From NCBI GenBank assembly GCA_041489335.1, contig JBGPQZ010000002.1, positions 1 through 36,264 on the forward strand: a stretch of DNA of 36,264 nucleotides, in the 5' to 3' direction. Positions within the stretch are counted from its first letter, which is position 1. Each line of letters starts with the position of its first letter. A program made the position numbers and the translations under genes. The stretch comes from Candidatus Methylomirabilia bacterium. GTDB taxonomy: Bacteria > Methylomirabilota > Methylomirabilia > Methylomirabilales > 2-02-FULL-66-22. Under the pieces are notes generated by a model. The model was not told the DNA's origin. It saw nothing but the letters and a program-made list of their open reading frames with translations, and did not search any database. Below, piece after piece: positions 16,492-24,947 of the stretch.

Positions 16492-17412
16492 TCAGCGGTG
16501 GCGGATGCGCGGGTCCAGGACCCCATACAAGAGGTCCACCAACAGATTCACCAGGACGAAGCTGGCCCCGAAGAGCAGCAGGGCACCCTGAACCAGTGGG
16601 ATGTCCCGCTGACCCACGGCGGTCACCAGGAGTCGCCCCAGGCCGGGCCAGGCAAACACCTCTTCGGTCACCACGGCACCCCCCAGCATGTAGCCGAAGC
16701 GCAGGCCCACCACGGTGACCACCGGCAGCATGGCGTTCCGCAGGGCGTGCCAGCCCACCACTACCGCCTCCCGGACCCCCTTGGCCAGGGCGGTCCGCAC
16801 GTAGTCCTGGGCCATCACCTCGAGCAGCGCCGACCGCGTCATGCGGGTGATGAAGGCCAGGGAGAAGGCGGAGAGACAGAAGGTGGGCATCAGGAAGTGC
16901 CGCCAGCTCTCGTTCCCCGCGCTGGGTAAGAGGTGCCACTGCACGCTGAAGAGGTAGGTGAGCAGGAGGCCCAGCCAGAAGACCGGCATGGAGATGCCGA
17001 AGAGCGACAGCACGGTGAGCAGGTGATCCCAGCCGGTGCCATGCTTGACGGTGGCCAGGGTTCCCAGCACCACGCCGACGATGGTGGCGAAGATGATCGC
17101 CGCCAGCGAGAGCTGAAACGTGTTCCAGAAGCGGGGCGCCAGCTCCAGGGTGACCGGCCGCCGGGTGTAGATGGACTTGCCCAGATCCCCCCGAGCCAGC
17201 CGCGTCATGTAGTTCACGTACTGCACCAGGACCGGCTGATCCAGCCCCAGGTCATGGCGCACCCGCTCCACCGCTTCCTGCGATGCATCCACCCCGACAT
17301 ACATCCGCGCCGGATCGCCGGGAATCAGTTGGAAGGCCAGGAACACCAGGGTGACCACCAGCAGCAGGATCGGGACGCTGATGAGAACCCGTTTCCCGAT
17401 ATAGCGGGCCAT
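16492..17412 (-). CDS. Peptide ABC transporter permease (DppB/OppB type)
   Basis: MARYIGKRVLISVPILLLV... and ALAKGVREAVVVGWHALRNAMLPVVT, the typical family pattern. Confidence 0.92.
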   Translation of the reverse strand: MARYIGKRVLISVPILLLVVTLVFLAFQLIPGDPARMYVGVDASQEAVERVRHDLGLDQPVLVQYVNYMTRLARGDLGKSIYTRRPVTLELAPRFWNTFQLSLAAIIFATIVGVVLGTLATVKHGTGWDHLLTVLSLFGISMPVFWLGLLLTYLFSVQWHLLPSAGNESWRHFLMPTFCLSAFSLAFITRMTRSALLEVMAQDYVRTALAKGVREAVVVGWHALRNAMLPVVTVVGLRFGYMLGGAVVTEEVFAWPGLGRLLVTAVGQRDIPLVQGALLLFGASFVLVNLLVDLLYGVLDPRIRHR

Positions 17413-17473
17413 GCCTACCCGTTCTTTCCAGGGGCCAGCATCGGTCGGCCCCTCCCGGCGAGCCGGCCCGCCA

Positions 17474-19102
17474 TTACTTCTTCTCCTTCCATGCGAACTG
17501 GGCGGGATAATTGTTCGCCGGACCGGCCAGGTAGATACCGTGGACGCTGTCGCGGTAGGCCACCTGTTGGGTCAGATCGACGAGTTGGATGATGGGGGCC
17601 TCCTCGTGCACCAGCTTGATCACCTGGGCGTAGAGCTTGTACTGCTCATCCCGCTTGAGGGTGTGGTTGGCCTTCTCGATCAGCTGGTCCACCTCCGGGT
17701 TCACGTAGTAGGCCCGGTTGTAGTACCTGGGAGGGAAGGCCTTGCTGCTGTACAGCATGTTGAGCACGTAGTCCACGTTGCCCGTGGGCGCGTTGAAGCC
17801 CATGGACACCATGTCGTACTCGGCCTTCTCGGGCGGCATGCTGACCCGGGGGTTGAACGTCGCGGGCTCCAGCAGGGTCAGCTTGCAGTCCACCCCCACG
17901 GCCTTCAACATCCCCTGCACCAGTTCGGAGATCTCGTAGTCGCCGGGGGTGCTGCCCTTCCTCGTCCACATGTCCACGGTGAGCTTCTTGCCGTCCTTCT
18001 CCCGGGCCCCGCCGGGACCCATCTTCCAGCCGGCCTCGTCCAGGAGCGCCTTGGCCTTCTCCGGATCGTAGGGGTAGGCGCCGGCAGGCGAGAAGCCCTC
18101 CAGCGACGGCGTGGCGAACATGGCCTGGGAAACCCTGGCACCCCCCAGGTAGACGTTCTTGACGATGCCTTCCTTGTCCACGGCGTAGTTGAACGCCTGG
18201 CGCACCCGCTTGTCGTTCAGCCCCGGCCGCCGGGTGTTCAGCGTGATGTAGTACTGCTGGGACCCTTGTCCCTCCAGCACCCGGATCCCCTTCGTCTGCT
18301 TGAATCGCTCGATGTCCGGGCTGGAGAGGAGGAGGGCCACGTCCGCATCCCCCGCGGCCAGCATGGTGGCCCGGGTGTTGGGATCGTTGACGATCCGGAT
18401 GTAGACCTCATCCGGGTAGGGCAATCCCTTCTGCCAGTAGTTCGGGTTCTTCTTCAGCCGGAGCCCCTCGTTCGGAACGAAAGAGGTCAGGATGAAGGGG
18501 CCTGCCCCCGACTGCTGGGTCTTGAGCCCATCGTCGCCCACCTTCTGGGCGAAGGTGGGGCTGTACATGGAGAAGCTCCGGTTGGCCAGGACGCCGTCCA
18601 GGGCCGCATAGGGCCGGTCCAGCTTCACGCGGGCGGTGAGCTCGTCCACCACCTCCACGGTCTTGAAGGGGAGCAGGTCGTAGGGAGACTGCTTCTTCTG
18701 GATCTTGCGCTCCAGGTTCCATTTCACGGCGGCGGCGTTGAAGGGCGTGCCATCGTGGAACTTGACGTTCGGCTGGAGCTTCCAGGTCACCGTGAGGCCG
18801 TCGGAAGAGACCAGCTTCTGCTTGACCAGCATCGGCCTCGCCCTCCCGTCGGGCCCCCAATCGAAGAGGCCATCGTGGAAGTAGAGGCCCGCCTCGTCCA
18901 GGTTCACCTGCAGCACGGAGTTGGTGTCCACCTGGGTCGCGAAGGGCATGACGATGGTCAGGGTCCCACCGTACACCGGCTTGAGATGGGGGGCGGCTGG
19001 CGCTTGAACCTGACCGGCGGCGCTGTCACTGTAATCTGTCAGCATCCAGGCGGCGAGCGCGATCAAGGTAAAGGCGACGACACGGGGGCTCAGCTTGAAC
19101 AT
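17474..19102 (-). CDS. ABC transporter substrate-binding protein, family 5 (DppA/OppA-like)
   Basis: The start is at the ATG at 19102 (MFKLSPRVVAFTLIALAAW, signal-like) with a GGAGGAG RBS. The protein is 542 aa, typical for family 5. Confidence 0.9.
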   Translation of the reverse strand: MFKLSPRVVAFTLIALAAWMLTDYSDSAAGQVQAPAAPHLKPVYGGTLTIVMPFATQVDTNSVLQVNLDEAGLYFHDGLFDWGPDGRARPMLVKQKLVSSDGLTVTWKLQPNVKFHDGTPFNAAAVKWNLERKIQKKQSPYDLLPFKTVEVVDELTARVKLDRPYAALDGVLANRSFSMYSPTFAQKVGDDGLKTQQSGAGPFILTSFVPNEGLRLKKNPNYWQKGLPYPDEVYIRIVNDPNTRATMLAAGDADVALLLSSPDIERFKQTKGIRVLEGQGSQQYYITLNTRRPGLNDKRVRQAFNYAVDKEGIVKNVYLGGARVSQAMFATPSLEGFSPAGAYPYDPEKAKALLDEAGWKMGPGGAREKDGKKLTVDMWTRKGSTPGDYEISELVQGMLKAVGVDCKLTLLEPATFNPRVSMPPEKAEYDMVSMGFNAPTGNVDYVLNMLYSSKAFPPRYYNRAYYVNPEVDQLIEKANHTLKRDEQYKLYAQVIKLVHEEAPIIQLVDLTQQVAYRDSVHGIYLAGPANNYPAQFAWKEKK

Positions 19103-19322
19103 GACTCTCCTCCTTCCAGGCTTTTCGATCACGGCGATCTGGATGCCGCGTTCTCCGACGGGACGCAGCGGAAAGCGCATCGAGGATGCGGCACGGGAGG
19201 GAGCTTGCATCGTGAGCGATTCCCTCCCTTGAGACTCAGCGCCCCGAGGAAGACGGATCCCGCGGGACAGCGGCGCCGCCTCAGGCACCAGGCCAGGCGG
19301 GAAGCAACCTATCAACAACGGG

Positions 19323-19505
19323 GTGGCGGTGTCAAGCAGGGCCCGGATCGGCCTGTTCGCGCTCCCCCCACTGATCGCCGCGGGGACCGGCAGTGTCCTC
19401 TACTGGCACGCCACCGAGCAAGTTGGCCGTGGCGATCTCCGCCCCTACGTTCTCGCGCAGCTCCTCCCCCTGGTCGCCATCCCCCTCACCAAGTTTCCCG
19501 GTACC
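19323..19505 (+). pseudogene. Internal fragment (~60 aa) of a bacterial alkaline-ceramidase-family membrane protein
   Basis: RIGLFALPPLIAAGTGSVLYWHATEQVGRGDLRPYVLAQLLPLVAIPL..FPG. It matches the family pattern G.SVLYWH.TE..G.GDLRPY.LVQ..P...IPL (recalled from memory, not searched). The flanking N- and C-terminal parts are missing. Confidence 0.4.
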
Positions 19506-19722
19506 CTCTCCCTGACAATTCTGCAGTCTAGGCAGGAGTGATGCGCCATAGTGGCCGCTGGCCGTGGTCCACGCCAGGAGACAACTGAATGAATTCCTAC
19601 GGTTCGGCGAGGCCTGACTGAGATTATTGGTTGGCGCGGTCCTTGCTCCAATAGTGGCTAACAAGTCGAATGGGTCGCGGAGGCAGGTGGCTAAATTTTC
19701 AAAGTATGCACGAGGTAGAGCG

Positions 19723-20283
19723 ATGAACAGCATGGCAAGGTGGTTGAGATGCAGCAGGTCGCCGAAAGGGTTCACCCTCATCGAGTTGTCCACCGTGGTC
19801 AGTATCGTGGGTGTCCTGGCGACTATTGGTATGCCGGGCCTCATCGGCGGGATCCAGCGGACGGGGGCCGACGGTGCCTCGCGTCAGTTAACTGAGGACA
19901 TCCGATTGACGCATCACACGTCCTTTAGCCGCGGATACCCGACGCGGATCATCATCTTCAACAGCTCCGGGGTGGCGCAGAATCCCACGGGGGCCGATCT
20001 CACCGATACCACCAAGGCAAACATGTACCGGGTCGAGATGCGGGCCGGATCGTCCTGGCCTGCACTCTCGCAGACTCGCTCCACGACCGCGGATGTGCTG
20101 ACCGACTGGAATAACCTCCCGAGCAATTTCCGAGGCGTGACCGTGACGACCGGAAGGGTCATCGCCTTCAACCCCCAGGGGTTCTTGGCCGATAGCGCCG
20201 CCTCGCTCGATGCCACGGTGCAAGGAGTCAGTGGAACCAAGACGGTCCGGACGAGCGTCATCGGAAAGGCCACGATCCAGTGA
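19723..20283 (+). CDS. Prepilin-type N-terminal cleavage/methylation domain protein, GspH/FimT-like minor pseudopilin (orphan)
   Basis: SPKGFTLIELSTVVSIVGVLATIG is a class III signal. The region is low in GC, and no other pilus or T2SS genes are in the window. The start could be 19723 or 19732. Confidence 0.8.
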   Translation: MNSMARWLRCSRSPKGFTLIELSTVVSIVGVLATIGMPGLIGGIQRTGADGASRQLTEDIRLTHHTSFSRGYPTRIIIFNSSGVAQNPTGADLTDTTKANMYRVEMRAGSSWPALSQTRSTTADVLTDWNNLPSNFRGVTVTTGRVIAFNPQGFLADSAASLDATVQGVSGTKTVRTSVIGKATIQ

Positions 20284-20484
20284 CAGGGCACGTCATAGAT
20301 CCGCAGGCAGGGCGTAGCGCATTTCCGCCGCGATGGTGAAAGAACTCTTCCAGGCGCCGGAGATCCTGCTTGCGGAGCCCAGAGAGCCAGCCGGTAGTGC
20401 GAACACCCCTCCGACACTAGGCTACACGATCTGCTTTGCCTCCAAGATGTAGGCCGGCCTCAAGGTCGCGTACCCTATTCACGG

Positions 20485-21945
20485 CTATCTCAAATCGACT
20501 GGACGACCTCCCGCCCTCGGCTCGCGGCTTTCTCTCGTCTCGGCGGGCGGGGGGAGCGAGGCGGCATTGAAGCGCGCCTTGATGTGGGTGGGGTCCAGCG
20601 CGAGGGCGCGACCGTAGGCCCGCCGGGCCGCCGCCACGTCCCCCGCGAGCTGGTAGACATATCCGAGGTTGTTCCAGGCGCGGGCCTTGTTCGGGGAGTC
20701 CCGCACGGTCGCCTGCCAGAGCGCCACCTCCGTCCGATAGTCGGCATTCCGTTCGAGCGTCGCGGTGCCCAGCCCGAGGGCGAGGACCAGCGCCGCGACC
20801 GCGGCCGCCCGCCGGGGCAACCTGCACCAGATCGTGGCCGCCAGGATGACGGCGGGGCCGATCATCGCCAGGTAGAGTTGCCGATCGTTGGCCACGTCGA
20901 GGCGGGGCAGGATGGAGTTGGTCGGCAACAGGTGCAGGAAGGTCCAGAGCAATCCCACGCCAAGCCAGGGGCGGCGGCGGAGCTGGAAGCAGCCGGCGAG
21001 GACCAGCGCCAGGAGCGCCGCCGCTTTCAGGGCGAGTCCCAGGCTGAGGCCCGTGTGGGCCGGCAAGTCCGGATCGATATTGACCTGCAACAGCAAGAGC
21101 GGCTGCGTGAGCAGGTAGAACTGCCCCCCGACCTGGGTGAGCAGGTTCTCCTTGAGGGTGCGCGTCACGAGACTCCCGACGAGCAGGCGCCGGTAGCCGG
21201 GGGTGGCGAGCATCGCCGCCGCGGCCAGACCGAGCACGGCCCAGTGCGCGCGGAGCCGGCGCAGCCGTTCGCGCCAGCTCGCCCGCCTCGCCCCGACGTC
21301 CCACAGCAGCAGCGCGAACGGCAGCGTCCAGGCCGTCTCCTTCACGAGCAGCGCGGCGACGAACAGCAGGGGCGAGAGGCCATCCCGCCAGAGGGAGGCC
21401 CCGCGCTCTTCGCCGCGAGCATGGGCCAGCAGGGCGCAGAGGTAGAACAGACTCATCAGCGAAACCGAACGGCCGGAGACATAGGTGACCGCTTCCGTCT
21501 GGGCCGGATGCAGGGCGAAGAGGAGCGCCGCGGTCAGCGCGATTGGCCGGGCCCACTCCCCACCGTGGCCGCGCGAGTCGATCCACTTGCGGCAGAGGAA
21601 ATACACACAGGCCGCGCTGGCGGCGTGGCACAGCAGATTGAACAGGTGAAAGCCGAAGAGGCCCAGGCCCGAGGTCCAGTTGAGGGTGTAGGAGAGCTTC
21701 AGGATCGGCCGGATGCCGGGCATGGAGGCGAGATACGCCGGGAAGGATTGCACCGCAATGTTGTGGACGATGATGTTGTAGTCGTCGAACTGGAAGGCGC
21801 CCCAACAGGCGCAAAGATAGGCCGCGACGACCGCGCCGACGAGGAGCGCGAGCGCTGCGGATCCGTTACGCGCCACGTTGCTCGGCAGCCAGCGCGAAGG
21901 CCCGCTCCAGAAGCCCGTGCGCATCCCACCAGCGGTTGGGTGCAT
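20485..21945 (-). CDS. Multi-pass membrane protein with C-terminal TPR repeats, PMT/TMTC-like GT-C glycosyltransferase family
   Basis: An N-terminal FQFDDY acidic motif follows TM1, with about 10 hydrophobic segments. C-terminal TPR: ARAWNNLGYVYQLAGDVAAARRAYGRALALDP. An alternative GTG start at 21876 would overlap the dac remnant by only 11 nt. Confidence 0.8.
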   Translation of the reverse strand: MHPTAGGMRTGFWSGPSRWLPSNVARNGSAALALLVGAVVAAYLCACWGAFQFDDYNIIVHNIAVQSFPAYLASMPGIRPILKLSYTLNWTSGLGLFGFHLFNLLCHAASAACVYFLCRKWIDSRGHGGEWARPIALTAALLFALHPAQTEAVTYVSGRSVSLMSLFYLCALLAHARGEERGASLWRDGLSPLLFVAALLVKETAWTLPFALLLWDVGARRASWRERLRRLRAHWAVLGLAAAAMLATPGYRRLLVGSLVTRTLKENLLTQVGGQFYLLTQPLLLLQVNIDPDLPAHTGLSLGLALKAAALLALVLAGCFQLRRRPWLGVGLLWTFLHLLPTNSILPRLDVANDRQLYLAMIGPAVILAATIWCRLPRRAAAVAALVLALGLGTATLERNADYRTEVALWQATVRDSPNKARAWNNLGYVYQLAGDVAAARRAYGRALALDPTHIKARFNAASLPPPAETRESREPRAGGRPVDLR

Positions 21946-22356
21946 TGAGGAAGACGAGCAGGACTCGGATGCCGCCCCGTTCGGCGAGCGCCACGAGGCA
22001 ATTCCCCGCGTTCTTTGTGTAGCCGGACTTCACCCCGATCGCCCCCGGGAACCGCCCGTCATGCGATCGCCGGCCCTGAGCCCCAACCGCGAGGCGGTCT
22101 CCGCGGCGGCGGCCCGGCTGACTTTGACGACGGCGTCGGGCCGGTAGGCTTCCAGGGTAAGCAGCGCGGTCATGATCTTGGTCAGGCTGGCCGGCGCGAG
22201 CCGTTTGTCCGCCCCGCCCGCCCAGACCGTTTGGCCCTGGACCTTGACGAGGTAGGCGGAGGCGACAGTGGGGAAGGCGTTCTGCGCGCCCGCGGCCGTG
22301 CAGAGGACGGCCAGCCAGAGCAGCGCGAGCGCACACCCCGTGGCCCGTCTCACCAC
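21866..22356 (-). pseudogene. D-alanyl-D-alanine carboxypeptidase (S11, PBP5-like) with an internal deletion and frameshift
   Basis: One frame gives the signal peptide plus APASLTKIMTAL (SxxK) up to GLRAGDRMT. A different frame resumes at about 22060 with FPGAIGVKSGYTKNAGNCLVALAERGG (the KTG box region). The ~100 residues carrying the SxN box are absent. Confidence 0.7.
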
Positions 22357-22769
22357 TTCAGGAACTTCTTCAGCAGGTCCGCACCCTCCTTGACCGTGTC
22401 CGTCACGTTGGGCGCTTGGGCCGGGGTCCCGGCCTGTGCCGGCGGGACGCCGGATTGTCGGGGCTGCGCCGTGTAGGAGCGACCGGCGGGACGGGACGCA
22501 AAGCGCTGGCAGATGGGCGCGAACTCGGAGGACATGGCCGCCGTGTAGGCGCGGCCCTCGCAATTCTGCTTGGCCAGCGCCCTGGCGTCCGCCTCGCAGT
22601 ACTGCGCCGTGAAGCCGTAATCCCGCTTCTCGATGGAGCGCGCGCAGGCCGCCTGGGTGAAGGCGAGACCTCTTCCAGGAGAAGCCCCCTCTCGCTTGTG
22701 CTGAGGACGGCTGAGGTGATAGGGTGAATCCAGGAGGGAACGCGTCTGAAGAGAATGGCGGCCAGGCAA
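22350..22769 (-). CDS. Hypothetical Cys-containing protein, probably 5'-truncated
   Basis: High-GC3 coding signal is present only from about 22670 downstream (AFTQAACARSIEKRDYGFTAQYCEADARALAKQNCEGRAYTAAMSSEFAPICQRF...). The first ~33 codons after the TTG at 22769 look non-coding. Its stop overlaps the dac GTG (GTGA). Confidence 0.3.
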   Translation of the reverse strand: MPGRHSLQTRSLLDSPYHLSRPQHKREGASPGRGLAFTQAACARSIEKRDYGFTAQYCEADARALAKQNCEGRAYTAAMSSEFAPICQRFASRPAGRSYTAQPRQSGVPPAQAGTPAQAPNVTDTVKEGADLLKKFLKW

Positions 22770-22789
22770 GCCTCGAGAGAGTCGGCACC

Positions 22790-23746
22790 ATGAGCCATCA
22801 CCCTCGCCTCATCAAGCCCTCCACCCGCCGCTTCTTCCGCGAAGCCCGGCGCACCCCGGGCTACTCCCTCTTCGACTTCCTCCACGCCTACGTCTATGGC
22901 CGCTGGCCCTACCTGTATATCGGCATCGGCACCGGCGAGCACCCGCTCGCGAAGAAGCTCGGCCCCTTCGTCGGCTGGCTCGCGCGCAGATTCCGCCGCG
23001 GGACGGACGGCAAGCCGCAGCCCGGCGCTCCACAGGCGGCAGCCGGGCGCTCCTCTCGTGCCGAAACCTACCACGGCAAGGTCGTCCCCCTCGAATCGGC
23101 CACACACTTGGTCCAGGTCAATGAGCCGATCGCCCTCCCCAACCTGGAGCACGTCATCCCCTACCGCCAGGCCCGGGACATCATCCTGCAGAACCCCGAC
23201 CACATCGTCGCCCTGGAGTGCCCCTGCCGCGCTTCCCGCCCGAACCCCTGCCTGCCGCTCGGTGTCTGCCTGGTCATCGGCGAGCCGTTTGCCGGCTTCG
23301 TGGTCGAACACCAGCCGCGCCGCGCCCGCTGGATCACCCCCGCAGAAGCCGTCGCAATCCTCACAGCCGAAGACGCGCGCGGCCACGTCCACCACGCCTT
23401 CTTCAAGAACGCCATGCTGCACCGCTTCTACGCCATCTGCAACTGCTGCGCCTGCTGCTGCGGAGCCATGCAGGCCCGGAAGAACGGCACCCCCATGCTG
23501 GCCTCCTCCGGCTACGTCTCCCGCGTGGATCCCGATCGATGTATCGGCTGCGGAGACTGCGAGACCTACTGCCAATTCGATGCCCTGTCGCTCTCCGCCG
23601 GCATCGCCGCCGTGGAGGCCGCCGCCTGCATGGGCTGCGGCGTCTGCACCGACAAATGCGACCAGGGCGCCCTCAGCCTCGTGCGCGACGAATCGAAAGG
23701 CCAGCCACTGGAGATCCGCACCCTGCTCGCCACGGCTTCCCGCTAG
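22790..23746 (+). CDS. 4Fe-4S dicluster domain protein with an N-terminal Cys-rich domain of unknown function
   Basis: CIGCGDCETYC and CMGCGVCTDKC ferredoxin motifs, with upstream ECPCRASRPNPCLPLGVC and ICNCCACCCG clusters. The start is at the ATG at 22790 (MSHHPRLIK). Confidence 0.8.
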   Translation: MSHHPRLIKPSTRRFFREARRTPGYSLFDFLHAYVYGRWPYLYIGIGTGEHPLAKKLGPFVGWLARRFRRGTDGKPQPGAPQAAAGRSSRAETYHGKVVPLESATHLVQVNEPIALPNLEHVIPYRQARDIILQNPDHIVALECPCRASRPNPCLPLGVCLVIGEPFAGFVVEHQPRRARWITPAEAVAILTAEDARGHVHHAFFKNAMLHRFYAICNCCACCCGAMQARKNGTPMLASSGYVSRVDPDRCIGCGDCETYCQFDALSLSAGIAAVEAAACMGCGVCTDKCDQGALSLVRDESKGQPLEIRTLLATASR

Positions 23747-23761
23747 TCCCCCCCGCCCGGA

Positions 23762-23832
23762 GAGAGGCGTTGCGTTAAAAGTGAAATATCTTGGCCAGCC
23801 GGAGACATCTCATTTATGGCGCAACGTCTCCT
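23762..23832. repeat. Weak inverted pair of REP-like arms (GAGAGGCGTTGCG ... CGCAACGTCTCCT)
   Basis: An 11-bp potential stem including one G-T pair, with a ~45-nt spacer. The right arm's reverse complement (GGAGACGTTGCG) shares GACGTTGC with the element-A terminal repeats. Confidence 0.25.
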
Positions 23833-24063
23833 CCGTGCCGTTGGCATCTCCTGTGGCATCCCAGCACCTGACCGGCTATCATCGGCTCACCCATCGACAG
23901 CAGGTGCAGACTCGGCCGTCTTACGGGAACGGGCCTGAGCAGTGTGAACCCGCTGCTCCTCTCCAGCGCGCCATCGCGAGCAAGACGTCCCCGGATCCTG
24001 GCTTTCCATCGAGGCAAAGGGCCGAGGAACCCATCCCCCATTGGCCGACAGCGGAAGGCGACG

Positions 24064-24816
24064 ATGAGATCACAGGATGCCATCACCCCCCAGGTCGTCA
24101 TGCGCGCGGTGACCGAGGACGTGATTCGTCGGGCGATCAAGCGAGGCAGGCGGAAGGGGCGCACGATCTGCATCAGCAAGGCCGCGAACGGGAGGACCAC
24201 GCCGGTCGCGGCGCTCAACCCGGATACGCCGGAGGGCAGGAAAAATCTTAACGCGTACCTGACCCCCGTCGGCCGCCACTACACGATCTCGGGGCTGGGC
24301 GCGCCCGAGGAGAAGAACGCCGTCAACTGGCGCACCATCAATCTTCCGCTGGGCCGCCGAATCCTCCTGATGGCGCTGGTGGCTCTCACCTTCGTGATGA
24401 AGGGAACCCCCCTGAAGAATCGCCTGTATCGGCTGATGGGGGTGCATGTCGGGCGCAATGTCGAGATCATGCAGCTCGCCTGGCTGGACCACTTTCGCCC
24501 GGAGCTGATCTTCATCGGCGACCATACGCTGATCGGCGCCTATTCCCGCGTCACCGTGCACGCCTACGGGGGGGCGGGAAAGTTTCGCTACGGACTGGTC
24601 GAGATCGGCCGGAACTGCATTATCGGGGCGGGAACCGGGATCGGTCCGATGCTGATCGAGGATGGCGTCCGCACGCTGCCGGGGACAACCCTGTCTCCGT
24701 ACCTCGCCCGCATCCGCGCCGGATCCGTCGTCGGCTACAACCCGCCTCCGGTGAAGCATCCTGAGGTTAGAGAGCACTCCGGGCAGGCTGAGCCCACCCC
24801 AGAGGCTCGATCCTGA
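24064..24816 (+). CDS. Membrane-anchored hexapeptide-repeat (left-handed beta-helix) protein, acyltransferase-like
   Basis: TM segment ILLMALVALTFVM, then LYRLMGVHVGRNVEI, IFIGDHTLIGAYSRVTVHAY and VEIGRNCIIGAGTGIGPMLIEDGV. It resembles the terminal TM+LbH modules of Pls/PosA-type proteins (from memory). GGAAGG RBS. Confidence 0.75.
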   Translation: MRSQDAITPQVVMRAVTEDVIRRAIKRGRRKGRTICISKAANGRTTPVAALNPDTPEGRKNLNAYLTPVGRHYTISGLGAPEEKNAVNWRTINLPLGRRILLMALVALTFVMKGTPLKNRLYRLMGVHVGRNVEIMQLAWLDHFRPELIFIGDHTLIGAYSRVTVHAYGGAGKFRYGLVEIGRNCIIGAGTGIGPMLIEDGVRTLPGTTLSPYLARIRAGSVVGYNPPPVKHPEVREHSGQAEPTPEARS

Positions 24817-24947
24817 ACCCGGGCTCCTCCTCCGCTTCCTTCCCACGCATCGCCTGCTCTGCGGTTTCCTCGACTCGCCGCCCGACTCGTAAAAAGGTAC
24901 CGGACACCATTTGGGCCGTAACCCGTTGAGTGTGCACGGTCGCTCGG

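Noticed and set aside
17411-19531. A 706-aa plus-strand ORF, with similar long alternate-frame ORFs elsewhere (e.g. 14687-16591 +, 25709-27094 -, 14883-16526 -, 33776-35266 -).
   Set aside because: They lie antisense to or out of frame with genes that have unmistakable family motifs. Their translations are Arg/Pro/Gly/Ala-rich with no recognisable domains. This is the expected open-frame artefact of high-GC DNA.
23842-23858. TGGCATCTCCTGTGGCAT as a sigma54 -24/-12 promoter upstream of the hexapeptide-repeat gene.
   Set aside because: The second half reads GTGGCA rather than TTGC(A/T), so the spacing and -12 GC element do not fit the TGGCAC-N5-TTGC consensus.
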